From the NCBI GenBank assembly GCA_030390025.1, contig CM059432.1:65908001-65972000 (forward strand): DNA of 64,000 nucleotides, read 5' to 3'. Under the pieces are notes generated by a model. The model saw nothing but the letters and a program-made list of their open reading frames with translations. It made no database searches and was not told the DNA's origin. How positions within the stretch are numbered: position 1 is the stretch's first letter; each line of letters begins with the position of its first letter. Shown here piece after piece: positions 11,284 through 23,370 of this stretch. Made by a program: the position numbers and the translations under genes. The stretch comes from Squalus acanthias. Lineage: Eukaryota.

Positions 11284-12470
11284 GGGGGAGAAATTCAGGT
11301 ATCGCCCCGTTTGGGGCGCAATTATCGGCCAGACACAAAGTTTAGCGCCTGGCGCTAATTATCGCCTCCGACTGCAAACTTGGCTTCTATCGCCCCTGGA
11401 GGTGATTGGAGCGCTAAATCAGGCCCTACACACCTCTCTTAAGGCACTAACGCTGAGGAGCGAGGCACTACCTCAGAGCGCTGGCGAAGCTCAGGTGATG
11501 TCAGTTAGCTATGGAACACAGACAGACTGGCGCTGGACAGTTCTTAAAGGGGAGGGTCGATCTTGCTCTCCAGCCACACCCTGCTCATTGCAGCCTTGAA
11601 TCTCGGCCTGGACAGACCTAAATTTGAATTCTGCTGCAAAGAAGAATGGAGAGGCCCAGGGAACGCAATCAGCGCTTCAGCGACCGGGCCTTGGTGGCTC
11701 TGGTTGATGCAGTGGAGCACCGAAGGTCAGTACTCTACCCACAGAGTGGCAGGAGGCCATTGCCACGTGATTATAGAAGAGTGTGGAGGGTGGTGGCTCA
11801 GCACGTCTCCTCCAGGAGCATGGTGCCCAGGACTCACACCCAATGTTGGAAGAAGTTCAACGACATCACTCGGGTGGTCAGGGTGAGTGGCTGCTTTTCA
11901 ATACCTCTACATCCCTCACTCTGTGCCCAGAGGGTTTAAAAACCCCAAATGGCCAACACTCATCCAAGACCTATGCCCATCTCATAAAACACATACGCAC
12001 ATTCCACATCTTGCATACATTAAGGGCTATTCAACTATGGGAGGCACATCAGGCAAGCACATGGCTGCATACATTAAGGGCTATTCAACTATGGGAGGCA
12101 CATCAGGCAAGCACATGGCTGCACATTTACTCAGACGCCGTCCTTTTTCTTGCAGGCCAAGCTATCTCACAACAGGCGCCAGCAGCAACGGACGGGTTGG
12201 CTGAGTTGCAGACCCTCAGCGATTTGGAGGTGCACATGCACAGGATCGTTGCCAGCCAGGTGATAGGTGCCGTGGCCGCATGAGAGGTCGACTCCCTTGG
12301 GGACAGCAATGTTAAGTTCATTAGCTTTCTCTCCTCTCTCATTCCACTTGCCCCTCACAACGCCAGCCTTTTACACTTTCAATCTAACTTACTAAATGTC
12401 TCCAGTCCTTGCTCCCTTACTGCCTCTTAGGGCGCTAACTGGAGGCGCTAATCAATCGAATTTTTCCCCC
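11284..12470 (+). mobile_element. Internally deleted Harbinger related to the full-length family (Myb exons 1-2 only), inserted in a decayed minus-strand CR1 3' end
   Basis: TIRs gggggagaaattc / gaatttttccccc; TSD ata; Myb exon 1 from 11646 (RFSDRALVALV...KKFNDI); two diverged 54-bp intron repeats; degenerate exon 2; no transposase. Confidence 0.92.
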
Positions 12471-14639
12471 ATAATCTTTCAGTATTTATGCTCTCAAGCC
12501 CTCATAGTTTTGAACTCTTCTATTAGATCATCCCTTAACCTTAAATATACATGCAATGCAAGTGACTGGGCGAGGAGGAGAAGGGATTTATTGTTTTCAC
12601 ATCTACTGCCACACAAGGTTATTCCTCTCAGTGATATTCCAGGATAAACAGGGCAGTGATCAAAATAGCAATTCAAAGTTGCTTTTAAATCTAAATCTGT
12701 TGTGGCAGCAATAATTTCCTTTTTTTGTCCGTGGCACTAAGAATTAAAATTAATCCAACCTCCTATGACAATATTGGCCTAAATAGGCTTCTTATGGTTT
12801 CCTTAGTTATACCCTTGTTGAGACTCTCACTACAATACTTCTTGTCTTCCATATGATCTTTTGTCATAACTGTGGATTGGTTTAGATAGTTGACTGTCTC
12901 AAACTAGTACTTAAGGTTGTTGTTGTTGCAGTCTTGCTTTTTATCAGGTTATACTGATTGATCTCTCCTTCATTTCTTACTTTACTTTTCTCTCCTTATT
13001 TGTAGCTTTGTTTGTTCTTTTTACCTTCACATGTTGTAGCTATTGTAAAATTCAGAAATAAAGGTGTAGGTTTTTCGGCACATGCCCCATGATTTTCTGT
13101 CCGTTACTTTTCGTGAGTGGAATGTTAAATTAAAAATGATTAATGTGCTTGTATAAAAAACGTCTCTCTGCTATTTTAACAGACATTAAGCCATTTAAAT
13201 ATAGGGTTACTGGGCCAATTTTCCTGTTTTTAATGCTCCATTGCCTAGAAATTTGATTACGCAGCGCCCGTTTTTCGGGTGCTAAGCAGTCTCCAATATG
13301 GCGGGCAGGAAGCGCCTGCTCATTACAAAAGTGCTCCTCATGACCTCACATTCAAACCATGCGGGCTGCTTATCCACCCCCCATCACGACCTCGCTCCCG
13401 CCCACTCACTGTCCCCCTCTCCCGGTCGTCCCCCTCTCCTTTTAATAACTTACCTGAGGGTGGCTACCAGTGACACAGTGGCTGCCTGGGGATGCCTATT
13501 TAATGTCAGCTTGCCGGTTTCATTAGAATGAGGCCCGAGGCACCTCAGGCCGATCCATTCAAGCGCAGGGATCGTTCCCAGTACCCTAACATGCTGGTTT
13601 TTGGGCTCGTGTGTGCCTGTGTACAAGGGCTGGAGAGGTGGATCGTTCGGGTTCTTTCCCTTTTGTGCATGATGGTCATTTCTATTGGGCAGGAGCTTCA
13701 TTATAATATGCAAATCATGTGGGAGTGCCATTATATTGACCTTTACACCAGGCTGACATTAAGCAGCAAATGAAAGTAAGTTTAAAGGGCCAGTAAGAAG
13801 ATTCTTTTATCTCTTTTTAGGCCATTCCAAGTCTATTTTTTTTCCTACTGGCACTTAGGTTCTCATGAACCTTTGTACCAGTTGGTTTGATTATTTTTTG
13901 CCAGCAGTATTAATGGGATCAATAAGTTTCCTAGTTTTAACGCCCCCCCCTATTCCAGGCAAGTCGGGGACACAAGAAGTGCTCTATGCCCTTCATTGGC
14001 ATCTGCACACCTCCATTTTCAGACAGTGATAACCAGACCTTGCTTTGGGAGATGATTAATGCATGTTATGGCATTAAGGTTGTGACAGCAAACTTGGTGG
14101 CACAGATACTTGTGAAGGCTTGACTAACTGTTGTGCTGGATGGTTCTTCAGAAGCAGCCCAATACAGCAAGTCATGTTTTATGTGGTACTGCATGAAAGA
14201 AGACATGCAAGGGTGATCATCAGCTACCAAACAAATTTGTAGGTATGGTTGCCGCAACTAGCAATGACTGTGGGGAATTGCCTTCATGTGTATTAGGTAT
14301 TCAGAAAACCTGATGCAGAGCTGTGACATTTGCTGCGAGGATACCTGCTATTAATATGCACCATAGGACTGGCACAGCCAGTGATAGTACAGATTAGCTG
14401 CAGCCTCAAGTCTGGCATGTTGCAATGAGGACCATGGAGTGGCACAGAGGGCAACCATCTCATGCAGCACCACTGCCACTTCATCAGCCATTAAACATGG
14501 GGACTGATGTTGGGCTACTCCACCACTTGCCTGCAGATTTGTACTTATATTTGGGTTTCCTTTCCCTTTATTTTTGTTTCTTAATCTCCTGCCTCTTCAG
14601 CCTTGACAAAGTTTGTGAATGGGTTGAAATGCCATTCAG

Positions 14640-14722
14640 TCGAAGTACTTGTCTCCTGTGAAGCGCCTTGAGATGTTTTACTACGTTAAAGGCGCTATAT
14701 AAATACAAGTTGTTGTTGTTAC
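14640..14722 (+). mobile_element. L2 LINE/SINE 3' tail fragment
   Basis: gtgaagcgccttgagatg...ggcgctatataaatacaagttgttgttgtt. Confidence 0.7.
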
Positions 14723-15169
14723 TTGCAGAATTTTTGCCATTCTGTTGTGACACTTCCCCTTTAATAGCCCCCATTCCTTAAAATTTCACTTAAATGCACC
14801 ACCATTAGCATACTCCCCACACTTGTCCAAATCTGCACGTAATAAAGAAAAGAGAAACAAAGTACTGAGGAACAGTAAAAGCAGTGATCAGTACTGGAAA
14901 GATAAATATAAAGGTTGCAATAATACTGCTATGTTTGTGTTGTAAATGTTTTTCAGTTACATATTGATGCAAAAGTATCAGTTTAGTTCCAGTGTCAGTT
15001 CCTGATCTGATTTCAAAGTGCACTATATTCAAGGAATGCGAGATCCCACCAGCAGCCCAGCTCACAGTACTAGGTCTTGAAACAGAGTTTAGTATAACTC
15101 CAATCCATGATCATAGTGTCTGTCAGTTTTATTCTTTCTCATTGGTTCTCCCTCATCACTGAGTGAGGC

Positions 15170-15885
15170 TGAACCAGACCGTTCGCAATCTGGTATCCAA
15201 TTTGACCCTGAGATGAGCTTCCGACCACATATGCACTCCGTCACCAAGACCGCCTACCTCCACCTCCATAACGTCATCTGTCTCCGCCCTGCCTCAGCTC
15301 ATCTGCTACTGGCACCCTCATCCATGCCTTTATTACCTCTAGACTTGACTATTCCAATGCTCTCCTGGCCGGCCTCCACCTTCCGTTAACTTGAACTCAT
15401 CCAAAACTCTGCTATCCGTATCCTAACTTGCACCAAGTCCTGTTCACCCATAACCCCTGTGCTTGCTGACCTACATTGCCTCAATTTTAAAATTCTCATA
15501 CTTGTTTTCAAATCCCTCCATGGCCTTGCTCCTCCCTATCTCTGTAATCTTTTCCAGCCCTACAACCATCCGCGATTACTGCCCTCCTCCAATTATGGTC
15601 TCTTGCGCATCCCCAATTTTAATTGCTCCACCAATGGCGCCCGTGACTTCAGCTGCCTAGGCCCTAGGCTTTGGAATTCCCTCCCTAAGCCTCTCCACCT
15701 CTTTACCTCTCTTTCCTTCAATAAGATGCTCCTTAAAACCTACCTCTTTGGCCAAGCTGTTGGTCACATGTTCTAATAGCTCCTTATGTGACTCAGTATC
15801 AAATCTTGTTTGATAACGCTCCTTTGAAGTGCCTTGGGATGTTTACTATGTTATAGGCACTATAAAAATGCAAGTTGTTGTTGTT
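15170..15885 (+). mobile_element. L2 LINE 3' fragment
   Basis: ORF 15459-15776 (FKILILVFKSLHGLAPPYL...PRLWNSLP...LKTYLF); (gtt)n tail. Confidence 0.88.
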
Positions 15886-16165
15886 AAAACTTCAGGAACC
15901 AATTAATATCTACATTGGGGCCACAAGTTAGCTGATCCTTCAGAGTGAGTGGAAGAGTTCTGGGACCTCAGAGCAGGTTGTGGTAAAAGGCAGAAACCAT
16001 GCTCCGGGCCTTGGGCTACTTGTGCGCAATACCACAGGATGTCCAATGATAACTAGAAATTTCAACTTGCACCATGATAACATTGTAATTTAATTCTTCC
16101 CCTAATTTTTAACCTTAATCTGTGCTTCAGACATTTAAAATGTTTGCTCACTAAATTAGATTAAA

Positions 16166-17852
16166 GGCTCCCAGAGATGTTGGAGAACATACGGTCTGAT
16201 GAAAGGGAGGAAATGAAATAAATCAGTATTTGCAGGGAAATGGTGTTAGGGAAATTGACGGGATTGAAGGCCGATAAATCCCCAGGGCCTGATAATCTAC
16301 ATCCTAGGGTACTTAAGGAAGTGGCCCTAGAAATAGTAGATACATTGCTGATCATCTTCCAACATTCGATGGAATCTGGAACTGTACCCATGGATTGGAG
16401 GGTAGCTAATGTTACCCCACTATTCAAAAAGGGTGGTAGAGAGAAAGCGGGGAATTACAGACCGGTAAGCCTGACATCGGTAGTGGGGAAAATGCTAGAG
16501 TCCATTATAAAGGATGTAATAGCTGAGCACTTGAAAAACAGTGACAGGATCGGACAAAGTCAACATGGATTTACAAAAGGTAAATCGTGCTTGACTAGTC
16601 TACTGGAATTTTTTGAGGATGTAACTGGGAAAATAGATAAGGGAGAACCAGTAGATGTGGTGTATTTGGACTTTCAAAAGGCTTTCGATAAGGTCCCGCA
16701 TAAGAGATTAGCGTGTAAATTTAAGGCACATGGGATTGGGGGCAAGGTATTGACTTGGATAGAGAACTGGTTGGCGGACAGAAAGCAGAGAGTAGGAATT
16801 AATGGGTCTTTTTCCGAGTGGCAAGCAGTGACTAGTGGGGTACCGCAGGGATCGGTCCTTGGACCCCAGCTATTCACAATATACTTTAATGATCTAGATA
16901 AGGGAACTAAATGTAATATCTCCAAGTTTGCAGATGACACAAAGCTGGGTGGGAGTGTGTGCTGCGAGGAGGATACCGAGAAACTCCAGGATGATTTGGA
17001 CAGGTTGGGTGAGTGGGCAGAAGCATGGCAGATGCAATATAACATGGATAAATGCGAGGTTATCCACTTTGGTGTCAAAAACAGAAAGGCAGACTATTAT
17101 CTGAATGGCAATAGATTGGGAGAAGGGGAAGTGCAACGAGACCTGGGTGTCCTTGTGCACCAGTCGCTGAAGGTAAGCATGCAGGTGCAGCAGGCGGTGA
17201 AGAAGGCAAATGGTATGTTGGCCTTCATAGCAAAAGGGTTTGAGTATAGGAACAGGGATGTCCTGCTGCAGTTGTACAGGGCCTTGGTGAGACCACACCT
17301 TGAGTACTGTGTGCAGTTTTGGTCGCCTTATCTGAGGAAGGATGTTCTTGCCATGGAAGGAGTTCAGCGAAGATTCACAAGGCTGATACCTGGGATGGCA
17401 GGAATGACATATGAGGAGAGATTGGGTCGATTGGGCTTATACTCGCTGGAGTATAGAAGAATGAGAGGGGATCTCATCGAAACATATAAAATTCTGACAG
17501 GTCTGGACAAACTAGATGCAGGAAGAATGTTCCCGATGGTCGGAGAGTCCAGAACCAGGGGTCATAATCTAAGGGGTAAGCCATTTAGGACAGAAATGAG
17601 GAAGAATTTCTTCACCCAGAGAGTGGTGAACCTGTGGAATTCTCTACCACAGAAGGTAGTTGAGGCCAAGTCATTAAATATATTCAAGAATGAGTTAGAT
17701 GTATTTCTTAAAGCTAAAGGTATCAAGGGATATGGGGAGAAGGCAGGTACAGGGTACTGAGTTTGGATGATCAGCCATGATCTCATCGAATGGCGGAGCA
17801 GGCTCGAGGGGCCGAATGGCCTACTCCTGCTCCTATCTTCTATGTTTCTATG
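16166..17852 (+). mobile_element. Young 5'-truncated CR1 LINE
   Basis: Open RT frame followed by the gggccgaatggcctactcctgctcct 3' UTR and a ctatgtttctatg tail. Confidence 0.95.
16240..17760 (+). CDS. CR1 ORF2 reverse transcriptase, C-terminal 506 aa (5'-truncated, no endonuclease)
   Basis: [54 protein letters not shown]; no stops. Confidence 0.9.
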   Translation: MVLGKLTGLKADKSPGPDNLHPRVLKEVALEIVDTLLIIFQHSMESGTVPMDWRVANVTPLFKKGGREKAGNYRPVSLTSVVGKMLESIIKDVIAEHLKNSDRIGQSQHGFTKGKSCLTSLLEFFEDVTGKIDKGEPVDVVYLDFQKAFDKVPHKRLACKFKAHGIGGKVLTWIENWLADRKQRVGINGSFSEWQAVTSGVPQGSVLGPQLFTIYFNDLDKGTKCNISKFADDTKLGGSVCCEEDTEKLQDDLDRLGEWAEAWQMQYNMDKCEVIHFGVKNRKADYYLNGNRLGEGEVQRDLGVLVHQSLKVSMQVQQAVKKANGMLAFIAKGFEYRNRDVLLQLYRALVRPHLEYCVQFWSPYLRKDVLAMEGVQRRFTRLIPGMAGMTYEERLGRLGLYSLEYRRMRGDLIETYKILTGLDKLDAGRMFPMVGESRTRGHNLRGKPFRTEMRKNFFTQRVVNLWNSLPQKVVEAKSLNIFKNELDVFLKAKGIKGYGEKAGTGY

Positions 17853-17956
17853 CTCACTAGTTTCACCTCCATAATTTCAAAATTAAAAAATATTTAAAGT
17901 ACTATTTGAGGGGCTGAATTCTATTTATTTGTTCCGTGCTAGTAATATAATTATAT

Positions 17957-18175
17957 CCTGGCCAATATTTATCCCTCAATCAACATAACAAAAAAAAAAC
18001 AGATTATCTGATCATTATCACATTGCTGTTTGTGGGAGCTTGCTGTGCGCAAATTGGCTGCCGTGTTTCCTACATTACAACAGTGACTACACTTCAAAAG
18101 TACCTCATTGGCTGTAAAGTGCTTTGAGATGTCCGGTGGTTGTGAAAGGCGCTATATAAATGCAAATCTTTCTTT
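17957..18175 (+). mobile_element. Deu-domain SINE (SacSINE1-like), 3' part
   Basis: cctggccaatatttatccctca...cacattgctgtttgtgggagcttgctgtgcgcaaattggctg core plus L2-type tail. Confidence 0.8.
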
Positions 18176-18506
18176 TATTTGGATTTTAGCACAATTGGCC
18201 TTTCAGCATTTGGCAAGATTATATTAAAACCGAATACACATACAATGCATTTTTAGGTGCATATTTTGCCTGATGATGAAATATTGATGGTTTTAGACAA
18301 TATTTCTCATTGTCATTATCAGTGTTTTTCTTCTTCTTGTTCATTGGGGTCATTAGATAATGGAAGCACTGGTTGATTTTCCCTCTCCCGAGCCTGAGAC
18401 ATGGAGGTCAATTGTAGTACCCAAACTGGCACCACCACAGTTCAGATGGCAACAGGCTGCCCATGTATCAGCTCAGCTGAAGTCAATACATGCTTCAGGT
18501 AGATCA

Positions 18507-18993
18507 TGATGCGGAGTTCATGAAACTGATAGCCAAGTTCCGCACTCATGAAGACGGTCTCAATCGGGATCTTGGGTTTATGTCACGATACATGACGTGA
18601 TCCGGACTCGAGTCGTCGTTGGCTTGTTCACAGATGTGATTCCCAGTAAAAAAGTAAAAATTTTAAAGTTAATCGTTTTACATACAGACGGCAGCTTTTG
18701 ACACGTTAGACCCCATGCGATTCCACCTCATTGTCTCAGTTGTATCTTGCTATGTCTTTGATGTGGTACCTTCCTGGCTGACCTGATTAACTTTATCACA
18801 CCTCGGCAGATAAACAGTCAGGATGATTGAATTCAGTTGTCTGCAATTGTAAGTTACACATGCATTGTTCTCGATCTATATATGCTTTGACGATTCTGTA
18901 TCTCCTCACTTCACCTGACGAAGGAGTTGTAACTCCGAAAGCTTGTGATTTAAAATAAAACTGTTGGACTATAACCTGGTGTTGTGCGACCTC
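18507..18993 (+). mobile_element. Penelope-like element 3' end (GIY-YIG C-terminus and pLTR)
   Basis: Encodes KLIAKFRTHEDGLNRDLGFMSRY; flanked by the 12-bp direct repeat tcaggtagatca (18495-18506 / 18994-19005); contains a hammerhead motif. Confidence 0.85.
18911..18948 (+). ncRNA. Minimal type I hammerhead ribozyme (Penelope-type)
   Basis: tcac-CTGACGA-a-ggag-ttgtaa-ctcc-GAAA-gctt-gtga: catalytic cores, stem II ggag/ctcc, stem I tcac/gtga, palindromic stub stem III. Confidence 0.82.
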
Positions 18994-19639
18994 TCAGGTA
19001 GATCAGGCAGAGCAATGAAATTAGACAGTTAGAAGGTTTTCTTCCAACATTCAAAGTCAATGTTAAAATTATTTTCTGTAATTCTGAATGTTAAAATATA
19101 GAAGTACAGAATTCTATAGAACAATGGCAAATTTGCGTACTCAAAATATTTTGGAATAAACTCAAAAGCTTACATTCTTCGTTATAATATGATATAGGTG
19201 CAGTGATGTGACCACAGTACTGAAAGAGCTAATACAAACACTAATCAATATCAAAAATGTATCACATGAATATGTCATATCTGTTTTATCTTCTCTACTT
19301 CTGTGATCCAGTTAGCTGTTCTTTGGCAGGAACCCATTATAAACAAGCTTTCAACCTTAACCGGGGTATGTTGTAAAAATATTTCTCATAAGTAAAATAA
19401 ATAAGAAGACTAATCATAAATTAAACATTTCTAATAGTCCAGGAAGTTTGAATGTCAAACAAAAAATCTAAAGAGGTTAATTTCTTAATAAAAAAGGTAC
19501 TACTCATTGAATATACAGATTGTTTGTGACCAGAAGCAAAGAATCCTCCAAGTCAATTCCTGATTTGTTGGAAGTAGCCATGATGCCTTCATCCTCAGGA
19601 ATTCTGTCCTCCCTGAGCTCTTCAAGAAAGATAGTCAAG

Positions 19640-19985
19640 TGATTGAATAGCTTGTATCATGAATAATGAACCCCATTGTAAGTGATAAGAACAGCATCTA
19701 AGGAGTGCTACAAATGCCACTACTGGACAAAGAGAAACATAGGAGGTTTTAAAGAGGCGCTTTAACTGCCTTGGTACATCAGGATGGCCTGTATAGTTGC
19801 AGCTTGCTGTGCCTGCAGAACTTTGCTATTCACAAAGGCCTGGACATGGAGATTCCAGGGGTGATGCCCACAACTGCTTTGGAGACAGAGGAACATGAAG
19901 TGGAACATCAGGAGAGCCATCAATCCGAGGAATCCTCACTGACAGCTGCAAGGTGCATCAGTACTCAACTTAGCAATGAAGTTAA
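19640..19985 (+). pseudogene. Ancient Harbinger transposase C-terminal relic
   Basis: Degenerate VLKRRFNCL...VAACC..QNFAIHKG plus acidic tail, with frameshifts. Confidence 0.5.
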
Positions 19986-20154
19986 TTAAACTCATCTGTT
20001 TAATAGACTCTCGTTGTCACCACTGCCATTACTCCATTTTCCCAGCCTTCAGAGTAATGTCAATTTCTTCAATGTGGTGCACATCTTAGCCATTCACAGC
20101 ATCTCTGACCTCTTTGCCCCTACTTTACCCTGGAAATCTTTAAAATCTACATAG

Positions 20155-21702
20155 TGCAGTAAAAATACATATGGGCCAGAAATTCGGCTGTTGTCGGGTG
20201 AGTACGCGCTGTGTACTCACCCGTAAGGCCATCTAAAGTGCCGGTTTCCTGCATGCACTGCATATGCGCGGGAAACCGGAACTTCCGTTCCCCTGAAGGG
20301 AGGGGTTCAGAAGTCGAACGCGTGCGCGGGAGAGGCTGCGCGCACGCAGCAAACTTTTTTTTTTCAGGTTTCTCCGGGAAGGTAAGTATGAAGAAGCTGC
20401 GCTTTTAAAAAGGAGGCGCAAGGCCTGTTTTTAACAAGGTAAGTGGTTAATTAATTACAATTTAAAAAATTTTCAACAGGTTTATCTTTTTAGATACTTT
20501 AAAGAAAGGTAAGTTTATTTTTAGCACCATTACAAAGTTTAATTAATTTTTTCAAAAATTTAAATTTTTGTTTAAAGTAGTTAATTTATTTAACTTATAG
20601 TTATTTTAAAAATGTGATTTAAAAAAAAAATTATTTGAAGTTTAAGTGTAGTTTTGGGGCCGATCTCTATTCATAGATTTGACAGGTCTTCCTGTCAAAT
20701 CTATGAATTAAAATGCCCTGCTAGGATTGGCTCTCCATGGCCCACGTGATCCCAGGGGACGCTTCGAACTAACTGCACCCCTGGGATACACAAGCACTAC
20801 GCGCCGGCAGCTGGAGGAGGCCCAGGACCCGAAGTCCTCGTGGGCCCAAAGCACAACTGCAGGCGCGGTAGGCAAGTACGCGCACGATGCTTGCACCCGC
20901 AGGAAGCCTGAAAGCTGAATTTCTGGCCCATGATAAATAAAAGTTTTATATAAAAGAGTAAAACCGGCTGAAGCGAAAAGGGCTGCTGAGGTACACCTCA
21001 TGAGTGCAACAGACGAACAGATCACCATAGGAACTTGCTGAATCTGGCTCCAGACCGGCTGAAGACCTACATAACTTGGCTGCATTGAAGACACTGAAAG
21101 AAAACAAATGTTGTGTCAATTAATCCTGGGGTCGTACTCGAAGAAGCCTATTGTTGGCAAACAACTGCCCCAGATATGTGGTTCAAAAATAAAAGGACTA
21201 TAAAAACCCAACCATGTGGGGAATAGGGGTTCTCTACCTCACTGCTCCCTCTACCTTTCTGCTTCTTTCAGATTGCTTCTGGCATGGCTGACTAGAACAG
21301 GAGATAAGACCATGTGCTATACCACAACCCGTGCCCATCACAATATTTAGAGGACCTTGGCAATCCTAAACCATCAATTAATATTTGTTATGGGGCTAGT
21401 CTAGGACAGACCTTTGTATTCCAAAAAGTTATGCATTTTGGGGAGTCAGAAGGTGTTTTTCTTTATTGTTGTTAAAGTAATTCTAAATCGTGCATAAACC
21501 AAAGATGTTGTTTAATTCTAATGTCGATTATTTTCTAGTGCATAAAAAATGATTGTTTTATTTACAAAGTCATGGTTTATGCCTGGAGTATCTTATTAGG
21601 ATAAAGAACAAATTAAATTAAATATAATATTTAAATCGTGGAGATAAAAAGGCATTTCCCCAAATTAAAGAGTAAAATCACTTAGCGACTTTTGTCCATA
21701 CA
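20155..21702 (+). mobile_element. Solo-LTR-like element (~0.79 kb) interrupted by a MITE
   Basis: TG...CA termini, 4-bp TSD atag (20151-20154 / 21703-21706), TATA-like tataaaaa ~21199. Confidence 0.55.
20173..20929. mobile_element. Harbinger-type MITE
   Basis: Perfect 13-bp TIR gggccagaaattc / gaatttctggccc; non-coding; TSD ambiguous. Confidence 0.85.
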
Positions 21703-22869
21703 ATAGATACATGAGGACGATAAGTGAATCTTCTGTTTTAGTGCAACCACTTCCAGAGAGATTATTAGTCATCCTACTCTTTCACACCATGCTTCCCCTT
21801 TGTATTTAAATGGGCATTTTTTCTCCTATTCTAGTGCTTCTCCGAGGTGGAACCATTTCAGAGCTGTCAATGACTGACCATGACTTGGGATTTCCGCAAG
21901 AGCCAAATCCCGAAGTTGTGGTCAGTTTCAAAGGTGGAATGCCGGCGAACGCTGCCAGTTCACCATCATCCCGACCACAAATTCAGGGCCAACAAAACAG
22001 ACAATAGAGGAGCATCAGGCCAATCAATGCTCACTCTATCCATTAGAAAATACAGACTGTGCAGCATATTCTCAACCACTAGTAATGCTAAATGCTGGAG
22101 GAGGCAACAACAGAGAAAAAAGCCTGCAGCCAATTTCAGGAAAAAACTAGGAAATTCCTGTCCAATTCCCAAAGGTAATGAAGGAAGCTCCATGTGAGCA
22201 TGGTTGCTCATAACTAACCCACACCACTCACACCTATATGACCCAATGTCTGAAGGAACATAATGGATAATTCCATAATCCGGCACTCAGAGTGGGGAAC
22301 AGTGCTTGTGGGCAGCGCATGTCAAGAAATCCTGGGTGTACAGCACATGCTTTTCCATCCATTCATTTAAATAATGTTAGCACATGGATTGTCGCACAAT
22401 GAAGCGCTTCCTGGATAAACGGATTTTACTTGAATTATGTTGTGCCCTTGATTTCCTGAATGCACTGTCTGTGAGCACCATTTTCCCAGTGGGAGTGTCA
22501 GGTCGCGGAATCACCCATTATATCCATCAATACCTCCAGCTCCCTACCCTGTGTTCTGTCAAACACTTGATTGTTAAAGCCACTTTGTAAGCAATTCCAA
22601 TCTGTTGCACCACCATGTGGTAGAAGGTGTGTTTGCACTCACAATCCTAATGCTGAGTGTCATGTTTTAGCTGTGTCAAGGGAAAAGAGCAAATGATAAA
22701 TTCATACAAGGCAATGGTAAGGGAAAAGTTAGAGCACTGAGAGTAGTTTTAGATATCTGATTATATTAAAGCCAGAGAGAACATAAAGTGTAGATTCACC
22801 AGGAAGATGTCAAGTGCTGAAAGTTGTGCACGTTGGAGAAGAACTGTTGTGAACTTAGTTTAAAGTAGC

Positions 22870-23060
22870 TAGAGGTGCGTGCCAACATAAATGAAGGTGC
22901 TGCTGCAGGAGATGCAGCAAAGGAGTGTAGCCATCTTTACAACAGAAGACCATCCTTCTGCCAAAGCAGAGGTCAAGGCAGTTTGGATGGAGGTAACCAA
23001 GAGTGAATGGACTGGGAACAAACAAGGAAGAGTGCTGCAGTATCAGGTGGAGTGCCAAAG
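22870..23060 (+). pseudogene. Decayed Myb/SANT exon of an old Harbinger
   Basis: MKVLLQEMQQRSVAIF...KAVWMEVT...QVECQ followed by gtaagt. Confidence 0.5.
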
Positions 23061-23352
23061 TAAGTGTACCCACCTTTGCTTAAATTAGGTGAGGGGGCTG
23101 CACGCAGGAGGCCATACCCAGCACACAACATGTACAGGCTAAGACTAACCTTCCTGGACCTATCTAAAGAGCAGTGCATCAGCAGTCTCTGGTTCTCCAA
23201 GCAGGCTATCATTGTAAAGGATTATCACATGGTTTATCACATGGTTTAGTATGAGCATGCTCAGTTCACTCTGGCCGAGTAAAGCAATTACATTGACTAG
23301 CAACTCATCGTGTTTCTGTCCTTCATTTGTTCTACCCACATATATTACACTT

Positions 23353-23370
23353 TGGCGATGAGGATGGGAT
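23353..23370 (+). promoter_or_regulatory. Primer-binding site, tRNA-Ser(GCT)-like
   Basis: tggcgatgaggatgggat, 3 nt after the 5' LTR; one mismatch to the complement of the vertebrate tRNA-Ser(GCT) 3' end as recalled. Confidence 0.75.

Noticed and set aside
13210..14500. Possible very old Harbinger (TIR-like gggccaatttt, faint transposase-like motifs)
   Set aside because: Too degenerate to fix boundaries or frame by eye
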